Shown one piece after another: positions 28,772 to 29,496 of a DNA stretch of 29,496 bases. Positions within the stretch are counted from its first letter, which is position 1. Every line of letters begins with the position of its first letter. Position numbers and translations under genes: made by a program. Below the pieces are notes generated by a model. That model did not search any database. It was given only the letters and a program-made list of their open reading frames with translations, and was not told the DNA's origin. The DNA comes from an uncultured Methylophaga sp. (GTDB lineage: Bacteria > Pseudomonadota > Gammaproteobacteria > Nitrosococcales > Methylophagaceae): NCBI GenBank assembly GCA_964430395.1, contig CAYSGK010000003.1, positions 1-29,496 of the forward strand, given 5' to 3'.

Positions 28772-29496
28772 ATGCCAGAAATCATCCCTAATTTTCACCC
28801 AATACTTGTGCATTTCACCATAGCGCTACTCAGTATATCAGTAGTGTTTTATGTGATCAGATTACTGTTGCCGGTAAATCATCGTTGGCGAGAGCAGTGG
28901 TTAAATATGGCAAATTGGAGTTTATGGACAGGCTGTCTGTTTGCAATTGCTACGGCCACAGCCGGCTGGTTTGCATATAACAGCGTAGCACATGATGGTC
29001 CGTCTCATGCAGCAATGACCTTGCATAGAAACTGGGCTTTACCTACCGCGACTTTATTTTTACTTCTTGGTTTATCCAGTATTAATTTGGCTAGAAAAAG
29101 AAGCTTACCGGGATTTAAGTTTATATCGGTGTCTATTATTGCAGCTATTATGCTAATGGTGACAGGTTGGCTGGGTGCTGAGGCTGTGTATCGCTATGGA
29201 TTGGGGGTAATGTCATTACCTAAAGTTGAAGCGGGGGCGGACGGTCATAATCATAGTCATGGAGCAGAACCTTCAGCAGAAACTAACTCAGACGGTCACA
29301 ATCATAGTCATGGAGCAGAACCTTCAGCAGAAACTAACCCAGATGGACATAGCCATAGTCATGAAGTAACTGCAGCTGAAATGGTAGAAAAAACGATGGG
29401 TGAAACTATGCAGCCTATGGCAGAGGAGCACGGTAACCATGTCCATGATGCTATGGAGGAAGTACCTGTTCAAGCTATGCCATCGGATGGGCATAA
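28772..29496 (+). CDS. DUF2231-like membrane protein with long His/Met/acidic tail; 3' end outside the window
   Basis: Absent from the supplied ORF track because there is no in-frame stop. AAGGA Shine-Dalgarno, ATG 28772: MPEIIPNFHPILVHFTIALL...AMTLHRNWA...TGWLGAEAVYRYGLGV then DGHNHSH repeats; frame open to the last base. Confidence 0.8.
   Translation, partial: MPEIIPNFHPILVHFTIALLSISVVFYVIRLLLPVNHRWREQWLNMANWSLWTGCLFAIATATAGWFAYNSVAHDGPSHAAMTLHRNWALPTATLFLLLGLSSINLARKRSLPGFKFISVSIIAAIMLMVTGWLGAEAVYRYGLGVMSLPKVEAGADGHNHSHGAEPSAETNSDGHNHSHGAEPSAETNPDGHSHSHEVTAAEMVEKTMGETMQPMAEEHGNHVHDAMEEVPVQAMPSDGH
29240..29362 (+). repeat. In-frame 51-bp tandem repeat (2 full copies, 49/51 identical, plus a partial third) encoding DGHNHSHGAEPSAETN(S/P)
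   Basis: Units 29240-29290, 29291-29341 and partial 29342-29362 (DGHSHSH). Confidence 0.95.

Noticed and set aside
25937-29362. Tandem repeats as a CRISPR array
   Set aside because: In-frame coding repeats without unique spacers; no cas genes.
29494-29496. Terminal TAA as the stop of the last gene
   Set aside because: Out of frame: the DUF2231 frame reads CAT AA-, so the gene continues past the window.
14826-29496. Copper cluster as an intact mobile genomic island or transposon
   Set aside because: No integrase, transposase, tRNA or att duplication in the window; only compositional and remnant evidence.

Overview
This is a roughly 40% GC gammaproteobacterial chromosomal window. The gene content suggests a marine Methylophaga/Thiotrichales-like organism, but that is low-confidence inference. 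(1) 1-9971 is housekeeping: tilS 3' end, pyrG-kdsA-[SIMPL/DUF541]-eno-ftsB-ispD-ispF-truD, then a DUF1223-like CxxC protein abutting cysG. (2) 10127-14825 holds a TonB-dependent receptor with a structured leader, then a MoxY/MxcQ-like HisKA_3 sensor kinase and a LuxR/NarL response regulator, a candidate lanthanide/PQQ-dehydrogenase switch module. (3) 14893 to the end is a copper island. It contains a Cys/His-rich upstream ORF ending in RPP, cusC-cusB(+ligand-less CusF domain)-cusA, a Met-rich membrane protein, cusSR on the minus strand and copAB (multicopper oxidase plus outer-membrane protein). A second operon (YHS/TRASH-HMA-like, CopG/DUF411, DUF2231 with His-rich repeats, cut by the window end) is driven by a 64-bp duplicate of the copAB CusR-box promoter. 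A miniature element family recurs in the intergenic spaces, combining ERIC-like 26-bp termini with CGTC-type REP hairpins. No rRNA, tRNA, CRISPR array, integrase or intact transposase was seen. All family assignments come from motif recognition, not database searches.
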